DNA from: a virus
Strand: one strand, 5' to 3'
DNA length: 64,000 nt
Virus record (IMG/VR): IMGVR_UViG_3300046660_000510
Span: 1 to 64,000 of that record
Shown: positions 37,466-47,040 of the stretch, piece after piece
Layout of the letters: each line of letters opens with the position of its first letter
Position numbering within the stretch: the first letter of the stretch is position 1
Translations under genes and position numbers: made by a program
The notes under the pieces: generated by a model
Database searches by the model: none
What the model saw: the letters and a program-made list of their open reading frames with translations, nothing else
Told to the model about the DNA's origin: nothing

Positions 37466-38875
37466 TCAGATGCGGGAGTAGCTGGCGGTCCGGGCGTCCT
37501 GGCCGATGGCGTACTTGCACAGGGCCAGGCCGTACAGGTCGATGGCGTCGTCGGGGTCGTCCTCGTAGTGGGCGATGACCTCGGGCCAGTTGTTCCAGTC
37601 CATGCGGACCGCCTTGCGGTCTTCGTCGGTGCGCTCCGGTTCGGGCGCAGGCTGGGCGAACAGCGCAGCCAGGGAGGCGAGGTCCGCCAGCTCACGGGCC
37701 GCGGTGCTGTCCTCCCAGGCGACGGCCTGCGCCAGGTCGTCCTGCATCTGCCGGTCCTGCTCGAGGCGCTCCTGCGCGGCCTGCAACTCGGCGGCGAGGA
37801 GGCGGTGCGGGCGGTCGGGCTGCCAGGCGAACCCGGCGGCGCGGGTGTGCCCGGCTTCGACGGCGAACCGGACGGCCTGGTCCTCGGTCCACTGCTGCTC
37901 GCCCATGTCGGCGCACACCCACCGCAGCTGGTCATGGGTGGCCCGGCACATCCACGGAACGCGGCTGCGGATGGCCCTGGCGAGCTTGTCCCCGAGCTGC
38001 ATGCCCGCGGCGGTGACGGGGACTCCGAGGATCGTGGCCCGCTTCTTGCCGCTGGCGGTCTTGGTCGTTGCGGGGGAGTTGTTTCGCGACCGCGTTGCGG
38101 TAGTAGTAAAACCACCCACTAGATCAACCTGACCCACTTCCTTAACCACCGTTAGGGAAGGGGGCGCATGGCCCTCCGAACTGGAGTTATCCACAGGCGG
38201 GTTATCCACAGGCTTCTGCTGGTCCCGGAGGTCCACAACGATCCGCGCGGTGTACCCGGAGCCGACGATGCGGTGACCCATGGCGTGGTCGTACGAGGGC
38301 GGGATGACCGCGGCGTACACGGTGGCGGTGGCCGCGTATCCGGGGAGGCCGAGGATGGGGCGCACGTTGGTGCGGGTGCCGTGTTGGACCCATGCGAGGG
38401 CGCCCAGCTCCCGCAGGTACTTCACGTGGCGCTTCACGGTGGCCTTGTCGATGCCGAGGCGGGCCGCGGTCTCGAGCATGCAGTAGCGGGCGTGTCCGGT
38501 GTCGTAGTCCATGCGCGCCGCGAGGTCTTCGGCGACGCGCTGCGTGGTGGCGTTCGCGCGGCCGTGTAGGCCGGCTGCGATCAGCCACGCGACTGCGCGA
38601 AGCCACCGACGCGGGCCGCTCCGGCGCGAGGCAGTGCACGCCACCTCTTGGGCGGCGCCGCGGACGAGAGCAACCTGGCCTGCACTGTAATCGTTCGTGC
38701 GTTCGATTTCGACAGTAGGGACGTGCGTGTCGCGGGTGGATTCGGTGCACTGGGTGTCACCCGCGCGAGGGGAGATAAGCGGCGAATCACCCGGGCGGGG
38801 AGCGGGAAGCTGACAAACGGTCGTGCGGTGCTGCACTATGTACCTGCCTTCGTTGATGGCCTTGCGGGAACGCAA
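37466..38875 (-). CDS. plasmid-type replication initiator (wHTH); start uncertain
   Basis: DLAARMDYDTGH..ETAARLGIDKATVKRHVKYLRELGAL HTH; internal DnaA boxes; next to dciA-parAB. Confidence 0.65.
   Translation of the reverse strand: MRSRKAINEGRYIVQHRTTVCQLPAPRPGDSPLISPRAGDTQCTESTRDTHVPTVEIERTNDYSAGQVALVRGAAQEVACTASRRSGPRRWLRAVAWLIAAGLHGRANATTQRVAEDLAARMDYDTGHARYCMLETAARLGIDKATVKRHVKYLRELGALAWVQHGTRTNVRPILGLPGYAATATVYAAVIPPSYDHAMGHRIVGSGYTARIVVDLRDQQKPVDNPPVDNSSSEGHAPPSLTVVKEVGQVDLVGGFTTTATRSRNNSPATTKTASGKKRATILGVPVTAAGMQLGDKLARAIRSRVPWMCRATHDQLRWVCADMGEQQWTEDQAVRFAVEAGHTRAAGFAWQPDRPHRLLAAELQAAQERLEQDRQMQDDLAQAVAWEDSTAARELADLASLAALFAQPAPEPERTDEDRKAVRMDWNNWPEVIAHYEDDPDDAIDLYGLALCKYAIGQDARTASYSRI
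38187..38210 (+). promoter_or_regulatory. two tandem DnaA boxes (candidate oriV) beside an A/T-richer tract at 38100-38160
   Basis: TTATCCACA at 38187-38195 and 38202-38210. Confidence 0.7.
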
Positions 38876-39073
38876 AAGCCCTCGTTGGCGGTGAAGTGGT
38901 TCGTGGAGAACCTGTAGGTCGCTCGAATCTCGGGCCGGTCGCCAAACCGGATCGAAGTTCGGGCCTTAGCTCCGAGCGTCAACTCGGGGCCGTGGCACGA
39001 AGGCCGCGCACGGTGCGCCAAACACCAGCGGCCAAGGCGGTAGAGGCAAAGGACCTCCCGCCCAGAACATGAG

Positions 39074-39454
39074 CTACGTCAACTGATCTCCCTCAATGGG
39101 TGAGGTCTGTTCAGTCCGCTCAACGATCTCGAAGCGAACTGGGCTCGGTAGAGATCCGCCGCTGGGATCTCCCGTCTCGAAGTACAGGGATTGCAGCAAG
39201 GAGGCGAGACTGCGTTCCTTGCTATCCAGGGCGAAACCGACCTGCTTCCCGGACACCTGCGTACGCAGACGAACTGTGCGCGCCGTCAGAGTGAGGGAGG
39301 TTCCGCGCGCGAAGAAGACCTCCACCGTGCGTTGCACTCGCTCTGGTTCCAGGTGCCAAGCCTGCTGCCGGGCAGGGACTCGCGGCTTGGGGCGGGGGCA
39401 GGAGATGGTGACATCCCAGACGCGGGCGCTCGGCGCTCCGCCCTGGGCGGTCAT
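39074..39454 (-). CDS. hypothetical protein
   Basis: 126-aa ORF upstream of rep. Confidence 0.5.
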   Translation of the reverse strand: MTAQGGAPSARVWDVTISCPRPKPRVPARQQAWHLEPERVQRTVEVFFARGTSLTLTARTVRLRTQVSGKQVGFALDSKERSLASLLQSLYFETGDPSGGSLPSPVRFEIVERTEQTSPIEGDQLT

Positions 39455-39808
39455 GCGATGGAAGGGGTAGTGGTGACAGTGGCCGAAACGCTCAACGCCG
39501 GTGTGATCTTCACGGCGGAGGTTCGGGTCTCACTGTCTGATCGCCCGGGTGTCCGGGTAGTCTGAGCCATGTCGGCACCTTTACTTCGTCGCAAGCGTTG
39601 TGGTGTCGTCAGCCCTCGCGTTCCGGCTTCGCAAACCGGGACCGCCACCAAGGTGGCAGCGGGGGCTTCCGACTTTGTCGGAGTGCGTCCTCCGCGCAGC
39701 CTCGCAACTGACTGCACCTCAAACGCAAGGCTCAGCCTACCGTTTCGACTGGTCATCTGTCCCGGTCCCTTCCCTCCGTGTCTTACGTACTACTAGTCAC
39801 ACCGCAGT

Positions 39809-40228
39809 TCAGTGCTCCCGGGTCCCGCCCACCTCGTCGTCCGCGGGATGCGCGGCCGCAACCAGACGAAGCGAACGCCCCACCGTCGCGCCCATCGCCT
39901 CGAACCCGGCATCCTGCAACTGGCCCTGGAGACGCGTCAGCTCATCCCGATAGAACCTCGGAGACGCCGCGTACTGGGCCGCCTGCCACACCACCGCCGC
40001 CGCCCGATCCCAGATCTCCTGCACCAGCACCGGATCCGCGTCCGGGAAGAGGTCCATCGGCAACTTCCGAGGCGTACCAGCCGTCTTCAACTGGCCCGCC
40101 GCCATCAACCCGGACAGGTACTGAGCCGTCGACGCGTGACGGCCCCCGCACACAAAATCCGCAGCCGACGGCGGCACCTGCTCCTCGGACGCTCCGGCAG
40201 CGTGCTTGGGGAGAGAGGGAGTGGTCAT
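39809..40228 (-). CDS. hypothetical protein
   Basis: ATGA coupling. Confidence 0.6.
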   Translation of the reverse strand: MTTPSLPKHAAGASEEQVPPSAADFVCGGRHASTAQYLSGLMAAGQLKTAGTPRKLPMDLFPDADPVLVQEIWDRAAAVVWQAAQYAASPRFYRDELTRLQGQLQDAGFEAMGATVGRSLRLVAAAHPADDEVGGTREH

Positions 40229-41112
40229 GCGGCAGCCTCCAGCGGCGTGGCAGGGAACAGGGAACGAACATCGACGACCCGCGCAAGGCCGGCTTCCATC
40301 TCAGCGAGCAGCAAATCCAGCTGCCCGGGCACATCCACGAACCGGGCCCGCAACGGCGGCCGCCGCTCCCCCCTCCGCACCACGGGGGCCACCTCCTCCG
40401 TCACAGGCAGGCGGGCCAGGAGACGCTCGAACTCCACCGCCCACAACAGCAACTGGCCGTTCGGCTCGACCGTGTGGGTCTTCACCCCCGACGGGCACGC
40501 CGGCACCGTGCCGTCATCCGCGACCACCAGGTCGGCGTCGACCAGACCGCGTTCCACCGCCGCGGTGAGGAGCTCCATCCGCGACGCCGTCCGCGACAAG
40601 CCCATGAGCGTGACGATTGCCGACCGCTGCCAGCCCGCCGTCCGCACATCCATCCGCGCCGCGGCCGCCACCTCATACGGATCCGTGTGCGCCGCCAGCG
40701 CCCGCAGCACCGCCAACTTCTGCACAGTCCGCAACTGACGGTCCGGCGCCGGTGCTGTCACCTCGTGCCGCGTCTTCACGAACGCCCGATGCCGCTCCAG
40801 GGCAGTCATCCCACCGAGGATCGCGTACGGCTCCGCCAGCTTCCCGCCCACCGTCACCGACGACCCGTACGCCAGACACTGCAGCATCACCGGACAGCCC
40901 ACACACACCTCGACCGCCGCCGCCTCACGGGCACGCCGCTCGTGCTGCTCCTCCCCACCATCCACATCCGGGGCCTGCCACGCCCCCACCGGCAGAGCGT
41001 TGTCGCCGGCAGCCACAGCCGGGTTGTCCGGGTCGGGAGCGCAGCCCCGGTACCGGTAGTGGGAATGCTCGGTCAGCTGCTGCTGGGCGGTCGTCGGGTC
41101 CATCGTCTTCAT
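40225..41112 (-). CDS. divergent WhiB-like protein with C-terminal HTH-like extension
   Basis: YRGC..AVEVCVGCPVMLQCLAY..EPYAILGGMTALER. Confidence 0.75.
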   Translation of the reverse strand: MKTMDPTTAQQQLTEHSHYRYRGCAPDPDNPAVAAGDNALPVGAWQAPDVDGGEEQHERRAREAAAVEVCVGCPVMLQCLAYGSSVTVGGKLAEPYAILGGMTALERHRAFVKTRHEVTAPAPDRQLRTVQKLAVLRALAAHTDPYEVAAAARMDVRTAGWQRSAIVTLMGLSRTASRMELLTAAVERGLVDADLVVADDGTVPACPSGVKTHTVEPNGQLLLWAVEFERLLARLPVTEEVAPVVRRGERRPPLRARFVDVPGQLDLLLAEMEAGLARVVDVRSLFPATPLEAAA

Positions 41113-41390
41113 GCGGATCCCCCTTCCGGGTCGTGATGGGTAGCGAGAGCGGAGTCCAGGACCAGATCCGCGGCATCCAACACCGCCCGGTCCTCGAGCA
41201 CCGCGTGAAAGCGGACACTGAACGCTTCGATGTCACGGATGTGAGCGGCGCCCTCGAGACGCCGAACGGCGCGCTCCGCGAGCAGAGCGCGCCGCAACTT
41301 GCGATGCCGGCGCACAGCGAGCGCACCGCACAGAGCCGCCGCGGTGAGGACCGCGGCAACGGCTATCGGACGAACAGACACGGCCTTCAC
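41109..41390 (-). CDS. small membrane-anchored protein
   Basis: N-terminal hydrophobic helix; GGAGG RBS. Confidence 0.55.
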   Translation of the reverse strand: MKAVSVRPIAVAAVLTAAALCGALAVRRHRKLRRALLAERAVRRLEGAAHIRDIEAFSVRFHAVLEDRAVLDAADLVLDSALATHHDPEGGSA

Positions 41391-41431
41391 CTCCAGGGCA
41401 GGGGCAGGGATGAACGGGGACGGGAGAGCAG

Positions 41432-41731
41432 TCAGGGGCGGAAGAGCGCGTTGACCTCGGTGGCACGCTCCACCGCCAGGCGAGCCGCGTCCTCCGCCCG
41501 CTCCCGCGCCTCCGCCCTGGCCCGCTCGAACGCGTCAGCCGCATCGAGCGCAGCCCCATCAGCAGCGGCCTGCTCCTGCGTGGAAAGGCGCCGCCACGCC
41601 CGCATCTGCTCGACATGGGCGGGAACGCTCGAGCGGCGCTTCTCCCGCCGCAGCATCCACGGGATGCCGAAGACAGCGATCAGCAGAAGCAGCAAGGGAA
41701 TCGACGCCCCAAGGATTCGGGCAGCAGGCAT
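41432..41731 (-). CDS. small membrane-anchored protein
   Basis: IPLLLLLIAVFGIPW. Confidence 0.6.
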   Translation of the reverse strand: MPAARILGASIPLLLLLIAVFGIPWMLRREKRRSSVPAHVEQMRAWRRLSTQEQAAADGAALDAADAFERARAEARERAEDAARLAVERATEVNALFRP

Positions 41732-41802
41732 GACGGAGCTCCGTTCGGCGGTGGCCGGATGTGGGATGTGGTGCGGAAGCCCCGTGGGGTAGGGCTGGAA
41801 GG

Positions 41803-42855
41803 TCAGGCGGCGGAACTGATCTCGTCCGCGCCATTCATCGGGATACCGAACCCGGCAGCGACAACGTGCTGGGCCAGCAAGCAGGGGACGGCGTTCCCGA
41901 TCTGTTCGAGCTGCTTGGTGCGGCTCCCCCGCCAGGCGTGATCAGCAGGGAAGGACTGGAGGGCGGCGGCGTCCTGGACGGACAGGCGGATCGTGTCCCG
42001 GCGACCTCCCCGATAGGCAGGCAGATCCTCCGCAGCCACCATGCGGGTGCACTCGATCCAGCGGCCCGCATCCCGCTCCCCGTACAACGTCGCCCGGGCG
42101 CCGGATCCACCGACGCACGAAGGGTCGGGCCCACCGGCCGCCGTACCGACCGCGACCGTCAGCGCCGGACGGGCCGTCATGCCCCAGCCGATCGCGTCGG
42201 CCATGGACACCCACGGCAGGAGACCAAAAGCCTCCTGGACCTCGGTGACACCCTTCCGGTAGCGCTGGTGGGTCGGCTCCGGAAGCCGTGCCTCGCCGTT
42301 CAAGGAGGCCACGAGAAACGCCCGCGCACGGGTCTGGGGGACGCCGTACTCCTCGGCGGACAGCCTGCCCGTCACGACGCTGTAGCCCTCCGCACGGAGG
42401 AGCTCCGCGAACGCCTCCCACACCGGGAGCACAGTGGGCACCTGCTCCAGCATCACCGTCCCGTACGGGCGCCCCGCATCCATTGCTTCCAGGGCCCAAC
42501 GCAGCGGCTCCAGCACCAGGCCCGTCCGCTCATCGTCGAACTCCTTCAGCGCCGGGGCGATGCTCTGCCGGGCGGCCAGCCGCTCCGAGAGGGCGAGGAC
42601 CGTGTCCAGCGCCGCGCGGCCCCGGCCCTTGCCCCCGACCGAGAACGGCTGACACGGAGGCGAGCCGATTACGTCCGTCGCCTCCGGGAAGTCGGACGGG
42701 CCGAAGTCCCGGACATCACCTTCCACAGTCGCCAGGCCGACCGCGCGGCGCGTCTCGCACGCCGCGTGATCCCGCTCGATACCGACCACCTCCAGGCCGA
42801 GCCGGGTAGCCCCGACGTCCCAACCACCGGGGCCGGCGAACAAGTCGACGATCAC
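41803..42855 (-). CDS. C5 cytosine DNA methyltransferase 2
   Basis: DLFAGPGG, SPPCQPFS, LEQV, YGVPQTRARAF, LQSFP, QIGNAVP. Confidence 0.92.
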   Translation of the reverse strand: MIVDLFAGPGGWDVGATRLGLEVVGIERDHAACETRRAVGLATVEGDVRDFGPSDFPEATDVIGSPPCQPFSVGGKGRGRAALDTVLALSERLAARQSIAPALKEFDDERTGLVLEPLRWALEAMDAGRPYGTVMLEQVPTVLPVWEAFAELLRAEGYSVVTGRLSAEEYGVPQTRARAFLVASLNGEARLPEPTHQRYRKGVTEVQEAFGLLPWVSMADAIGWGMTARPALTVAVGTAAGGPDPSCVGGSGARATLYGERDAGRWIECTRMVAAEDLPAYRGGRRDTIRLSVQDAAALQSFPADHAWRGSRTKQLEQIGNAVPCLLAQHVVAAGFGIPMNGADEISSAA

Positions 42856-44105
42856 GCCGCCACCTGCCACTCCATCATCGGCACACCCGAAACGGCGGAC
42901 ACCACGTGAGCGGCCAGCAGCGGCGGAACGGCATTGCCTATCTGCTCGAACTGCTTCGTCTTCGTCCCCTGCCACGGATAGTCGGCGGGAAAGGACTGCA
43001 ACACGGCGGCCTCGGCCTGCGTGATGCGGACCGTCTCCGGACTGGCGAACTGCGACTCCCCCTTGGCGGACCGGTCGCGGTGACCGGGCGGGGCGATCCG
43101 GTCGGTGGCACACACCGTGGTCGCGGGGCGCTGCTGGACCCACTCGATCCTGGCGGAGTTGTTTCCGAACGCCATCGTCGGGGCGGGCTCGTCTCCTGCA
43201 CGGATCGCCGCGTTCGGCTGGTTGCCATTCCGCAGGACCCACGACACGTCGTTGCAGCGGGCCCCCAAAAACAGCGTCCCGGCCGGCTCGTCCAGCTCGC
43301 GGACAGCGGCGTTCTTCTGCGTGCCGTTGCGCAGCGCCCACGACCGGGCCTTCTCCGTCAGGCACCATGACGGGCCGTCCGCCGGAAACTCGTTCCCGCC
43401 AGGCGTCTTCCGCTCGCCGCGCGTATTGACGAACAGACCGCCATCCCAGCCGAGCGCTTCAGCCATGGAAACCCAGCGGGCCCGGCCCGGCCCGAACAGA
43501 CCGGCATCCTCAGCGCGTTCGGCGTGCGTGGGCTCGGGCGCGGTCACAGACCGCACCCGGGAGGCGATCAGGATGGCCCGGCGACGGGTCTGCGGTACCC
43601 CGTAGTCGGCGGCGTTCAGGATGCCGACCCACACCGAGTAGCCCCAGCCACGGAGTGTCTCGGCGTACTGCTTCCACAACGGCAGCACGTCGGGCACCTC
43701 TTCCATGCAGACCCACTCGGGCCGCAGGTCGAACAGCCACCGCATCGGCTCGGCGGCGAGAATGCTCCGCTGGTCCTTGCACGCCGCCTTCAGCTCTGAC
43801 CGGGTGTCACGGCCATACGCGAGGTCGTGGACGGCCTGGTGAACAAGCGGCTGGTCCGCCAAACCGAGCCCCTTCCCGGCACGCGACCACGCCTGGCACG
43901 GGGGAGACCAGATCTGCTTCTTCGCCCGACCCTTGAACGGCGCGGTCGGGTACTGGGCGACGTCGCACTGGACAGTCAGATGGCCTGCGACAGCGCGCGT
44001 CTTGCACGCTGCGGTGTCCCATTCCAGTCCCACGTCACGGAGGCCCAGGAGGCGCAAGCCTTCCGACCAGCCTCCAGGACCCGCGAACCCGTCGAGGATC
44101 GTCAT
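42852..44105 (-). CDS. C5 cytosine DNA methyltransferase 1
   Basis: DGFAGPGG, SPPCQAWS, MEEV, YGVPQTRRRAI, LQSFP, QIGNAVPP. Confidence 0.92.
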   Translation of the reverse strand: MTILDGFAGPGGWSEGLRLLGLRDVGLEWDTAACKTRAVAGHLTVQCDVAQYPTAPFKGRAKKQIWSPPCQAWSRAGKGLGLADQPLVHQAVHDLAYGRDTRSELKAACKDQRSILAAEPMRWLFDLRPEWVCMEEVPDVLPLWKQYAETLRGWGYSVWVGILNAADYGVPQTRRRAILIASRVRSVTAPEPTHAERAEDAGLFGPGRARWVSMAEALGWDGGLFVNTRGERKTPGGNEFPADGPSWCLTEKARSWALRNGTQKNAAVRELDEPAGTLFLGARCNDVSWVLRNGNQPNAAIRAGDEPAPTMAFGNNSARIEWVQQRPATTVCATDRIAPPGHRDRSAKGESQFASPETVRITQAEAAVLQSFPADYPWQGTKTKQFEQIGNAVPPLLAAHVVSAVSGVPMMEWQVAA

Positions 44106-45031
44106 CAGGCGGCCTGCCCTTCACCGGCGTCGGCCTGGACGGCCTGCTGCTTCAACTGGGCGATCCGGCGCGTCAGGAGGTCCTCGACACGCACGTCCAT
44201 CTCGCCGACCTTCACCGTCTCGTCCAGCAGACCGTGCTTCCGGGCGTCGGCAAGGTTCTGCTCACACGACAGGCGGTTCGACCAACCTGCATTGATCTTC
44301 CCCTTCAGTGCCTCCAGGGTCGTTCCGCCCGCCTGCTCCTGGCGGCGCGCGTCCTCACGCTGCTCCGCCGGCCCGGTCTGCTCCTGCTCCGGCGGGACGG
44401 TGTCCTCGGTGGGCTGCGATCCCGGCTCGGGCCGCACCGGGGCATCGTCCGGCTCCGGAAGCGGCGCCGCAACCTTCTCCCACTGCTCCGGCGGATGCGC
44501 GGCAGAGAAGTTGACCACCGGGGCCGGGGAGCCGTCGTTGTACAGGGACAGCCCGAACGCGTCCCCCAAGTGGGTAGCGGCCCGCTTGAACGCCTGAGAC
44601 GACGCGGTCTTCATCCCCATGTCGTGCGCGTCGGCCAGGTTCGGCAGGTTGTTGCCCGCCCCGGCCGCTTCGCCGTCCCAGTGCCCCAGCTCCCGTCCCT
44701 GCACGTCCTTCACGATCAGACGGACTTGCGCCCGGTACACGACCGTCCACTTGGAACGGTTCCCGTTGGGAGTCTCGATCTCCCTGACCAGAGCCAGCTC
44801 GCGGTTCTCGGTGTCGTAGCCGGCGAACCCGAACACGCGGAGCAGGTACCGCTTGATGTCCCAGGCCTGCATGTGCGCGAAGCCCTTGTCGTCCTTACCG
44901 ACACGCTTGGGGTCGACGGCCCGGTGCAGCAGCCGAAGCTGAGGCGCGGTGAAGCGGCTGACCTGGTTTTGGGTGTGCGGGGTGGGGCCCTCCGCCGTCG
45001 TGCTGGCGGGGGCCTCGGTGGCCGTGGCCAT
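44105..45031 (-). CDS. Rad52/Rad22-like (Sak) single-strand annealing protein
   Basis: FAHMQAWDIKRYLLRVFGFAGY..AHDMGMKTASSQAFKRAATHLGDAFGLSLY. Confidence 0.85.
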   Translation of the reverse strand: MATATEAPASTTAEGPTPHTQNQVSRFTAPQLRLLHRAVDPKRVGKDDKGFAHMQAWDIKRYLLRVFGFAGYDTENRELALVREIETPNGNRSKWTVVYRAQVRLIVKDVQGRELGHWDGEAAGAGNNLPNLADAHDMGMKTASSQAFKRAATHLGDAFGLSLYNDGSPAPVVNFSAAHPPEQWEKVAAPLPEPDDAPVRPEPGSQPTEDTVPPEQEQTGPAEQREDARRQEQAGGTTLEALKGKINAGWSNRLSCEQNLADARKHGLLDETVKVGEMDVRVEDLLTRRIAQLKQQAVQADAGEGQAA

Positions 45032-45111
45032 GAGGTCTCCTAGTGATGCGTGATGTGGCAGCCAGCCCGGGGAAGTCGTGGTCCTTCCGACCCGGGCTGG
45101 CCGCGCGGCCG

Positions 45112-45636
45112 CTACTCGGCGGCCGCCTCAGACTCTCCGGCCGCAGCCGGGTACTTGCGGGCGATCCACTGCACCGCGATCTGCCGGGCGTTCAGCTTGT
45201 ACCCGCGGCCCGTCGGCCAGTCCTTCTCAGCGACCATCCGGTCCGCCGCGGCCTCCACCTCGGCCACCTTCGCCTGCGGCGCCCGCACGTTCAGGACCGA
45301 CTTCGCCTGACCCGCCCCGTGCGCCGCACGCTGCGGCTTCTCCGGCACGAACTCGCCGGACAGGAACGCCTGCCAGCCCTCCAGGACATCCGCGCTCAGG
45401 TTGGCCGACCCCTCATAGGCGCGCAGGTGCAGCGCCGACTCGATCGGGATCGCCACGTTCGGATCTCCGCCCTGCGAAGAACGGGCCTCCGCCTGGCCGG
45501 CCGCGTTCAACGCGTACTCGAGAACGGTCTGCACCGCATCCGCCTGCCGTACGGCGCCACGCGAACGCAGCGACTCGATGGCCAGCTCAACCTGCGGGGC
45601 GGCTTCAGTGACGCGGGCGCGCTTGCTCGGGGGCAT
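45112..45636 (-). CDS. putative DNA-binding regulator (RHH-like elements)
   Basis: PNVAIPIE and KSVLNVRAPQAKVAEVEAAA strand-helix patterns; divergent from promoter copy 5. Confidence 0.45.
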   Translation of the reverse strand: MPPSKRARVTEAAPQVELAIESLRSRGAVRQADAVQTVLEYALNAAGQAEARSSQGGDPNVAIPIESALHLRAYEGSANLSADVLEGWQAFLSGEFVPEKPQRAAHGAGQAKSVLNVRAPQAKVAEVEAAADRMVAEKDWPTGRGYKLNARQIAVQWIARKYPAAAGESEAAAE

Positions 45637-45794
45637 GGGAACGGCGTGTCCTTCCGGTCGCCGGCGCCGCTCAGTGCGTCCGGGCGGGCGCCGCGTGTGG
45701 GGTGTGGGCACGCCTAGTCTCCTCCACTTTCTATTGCGCGCACACCGGGGGGTGTGTGCTCCCGGGCCGTTCCCGGTACCCCAGATCATACGCA

Positions 45795-45832
45795 CCCTTG
45801 TATTGCGCGCGCAATAGATAGATGGGTAAGGT
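45795..45832 (+). promoter_or_regulatory. conserved operator-promoter copy 5 (half-site also at 45731-45741)
   Basis: CCCTTGTATTGCGCGCGCAATAGATAGATGGGTAAGGT; TTGCGC-N18-TAAGGT. Confidence 0.75.
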
Positions 45833-45863
45833 GAGACCACACCACAGCGAGGGGGACCCCACC

Positions 45864-46313
45864 ATGAAGCACACCAAGAACCAGAACCGGGTCAAGACCC
45901 TCGCCGACCTCTACCGAGCCCTCGCCCGCCAGGAGGCCGTAACGATCACCTACCTGAAGCCCGACGAGACCGAGCCCACCATCCGCACCATCGAGATCAG
46001 CGAACTGCGCACCAGCAGCGTGAAGATTTCCAAGACCGGAGAGGTCGAGGGCGGCGACATCTACGTCATCGCCATGTGCCGCCTCCGCGGCCAGGCAAGG
46101 GAATTCGCGTTGTCCGGCATCATCAGCTACACGCTGCACCGCGTGGCGTACGTCCTGGAGCGTCCCGCCAACACCACCTACCAGACCCCCGAGCCCCAGC
46201 CGGCCGACGACGCGGACGCCTTGTTCTTCTACGAGCTGGCCCGCGACCAGGACGACGCCGACTACCGGCCGCGCCGCAAGCTCGCTCAGACCGACACCGA
46301 CCTCGCCGCATAA
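45864..46313 (+). CDS. stand-alone WYL-domain protein
   Basis: AVTITYLKPD..TIRTIE..YVIAMCRLRGQAREFALSGI. Confidence 0.7.
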   Translation: MKHTKNQNRVKTLADLYRALARQEAVTITYLKPDETEPTIRTIEISELRTSSVKISKTGEVEGGDIYVIAMCRLRGQAREFALSGIISYTLHRVAYVLERPANTTYQTPEPQPADDADALFFYELARDQDDADYRPRRKLAQTDTDLAA

Positions 46314-46322
46314 GGGGCCCTG

Positions 46323-47036
46323 ATGCGTACCCACGCCACCGCACAGCTCATCGGCGACCGCTCCCACCAGTGCGACGCCACCGCCACCTACACCCACAAC
46401 GGCATCCACGCCTACGCCCTCCTCGACGGCATCGGCTCCACCGACGAGATCCGCGACTGGACCCGCACCGCCGCCCGCCGTCTGGCCCGCACCGCCGCCG
46501 TCCACGCCGACGCCGAGGCCGGCCTGCGCGCCGTGTACGCCCGGTACGCCGCCGAACCCGACCGGCAGGACCCGTACAACCGGCTGCCGACAGCGTGCGC
46601 CGTCATCGCCGTCCACGCGCCGGGGAAGCCGCTCACGGTCGCCTGGTGCGGCGACGCCCGCGCCTACGTCCTCACCACCAGCGGCACCACGCTGCGGCTG
46701 ACCGAGGACCACAACCTGCGGCGCGTCTGGCCGCCTCACGGCAACCGCAACCGGATCACGTCGTGGCTGGGTTCGGAGCTGACGGACGAGCAGGTGAAGA
46801 GCGAAGTCGGGCACCCGGCGATCGAGACCGCGATCCGCCACCCGGTCCGTGAGCGTCTCCTTCTCGCCTCTGACGGCGCCTACGAGCCGCTCGAAGACAA
46901 CGGGCTCACCCTGTCCGACTACCTCACCGGCACCCCCGCAGAAGCCGTCCGCCGCTTCACCGAGTCCGCCATCGCCTTCGCCGGTGAGTACGCGGACAAC
47001 GCCACCGTCCTCATAGCCGACCTGGCGCACGCATGA
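46323..47036 (+). CDS. PP2C/PPM-family protein phosphatase
   Basis: R..QCDA, LLDGIGS, WCGDARAY, LTEDHN, LLASDG, DNAT. Confidence 0.85.
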   Translation: MRTHATAQLIGDRSHQCDATATYTHNGIHAYALLDGIGSTDEIRDWTRTAARRLARTAAVHADAEAGLRAVYARYAAEPDRQDPYNRLPTACAVIAVHAPGKPLTVAWCGDARAYVLTTSGTTLRLTEDHNLRRVWPPHGNRNRITSWLGSELTDEQVKSEVGHPAIETAIRHPVRERLLLASDGAYEPLEDNGLTLSDYLTGTPAEAVRRFTESAIAFAGEYADNATVLIADLAHA

Positions 47037-47040
47037 CGAA

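Noticed and set aside
42856-43368. N-terminal extension of MTase 2
   Set aside because: It overlaps MTase 1 out of frame; motif I begins at the GTG at 42855.
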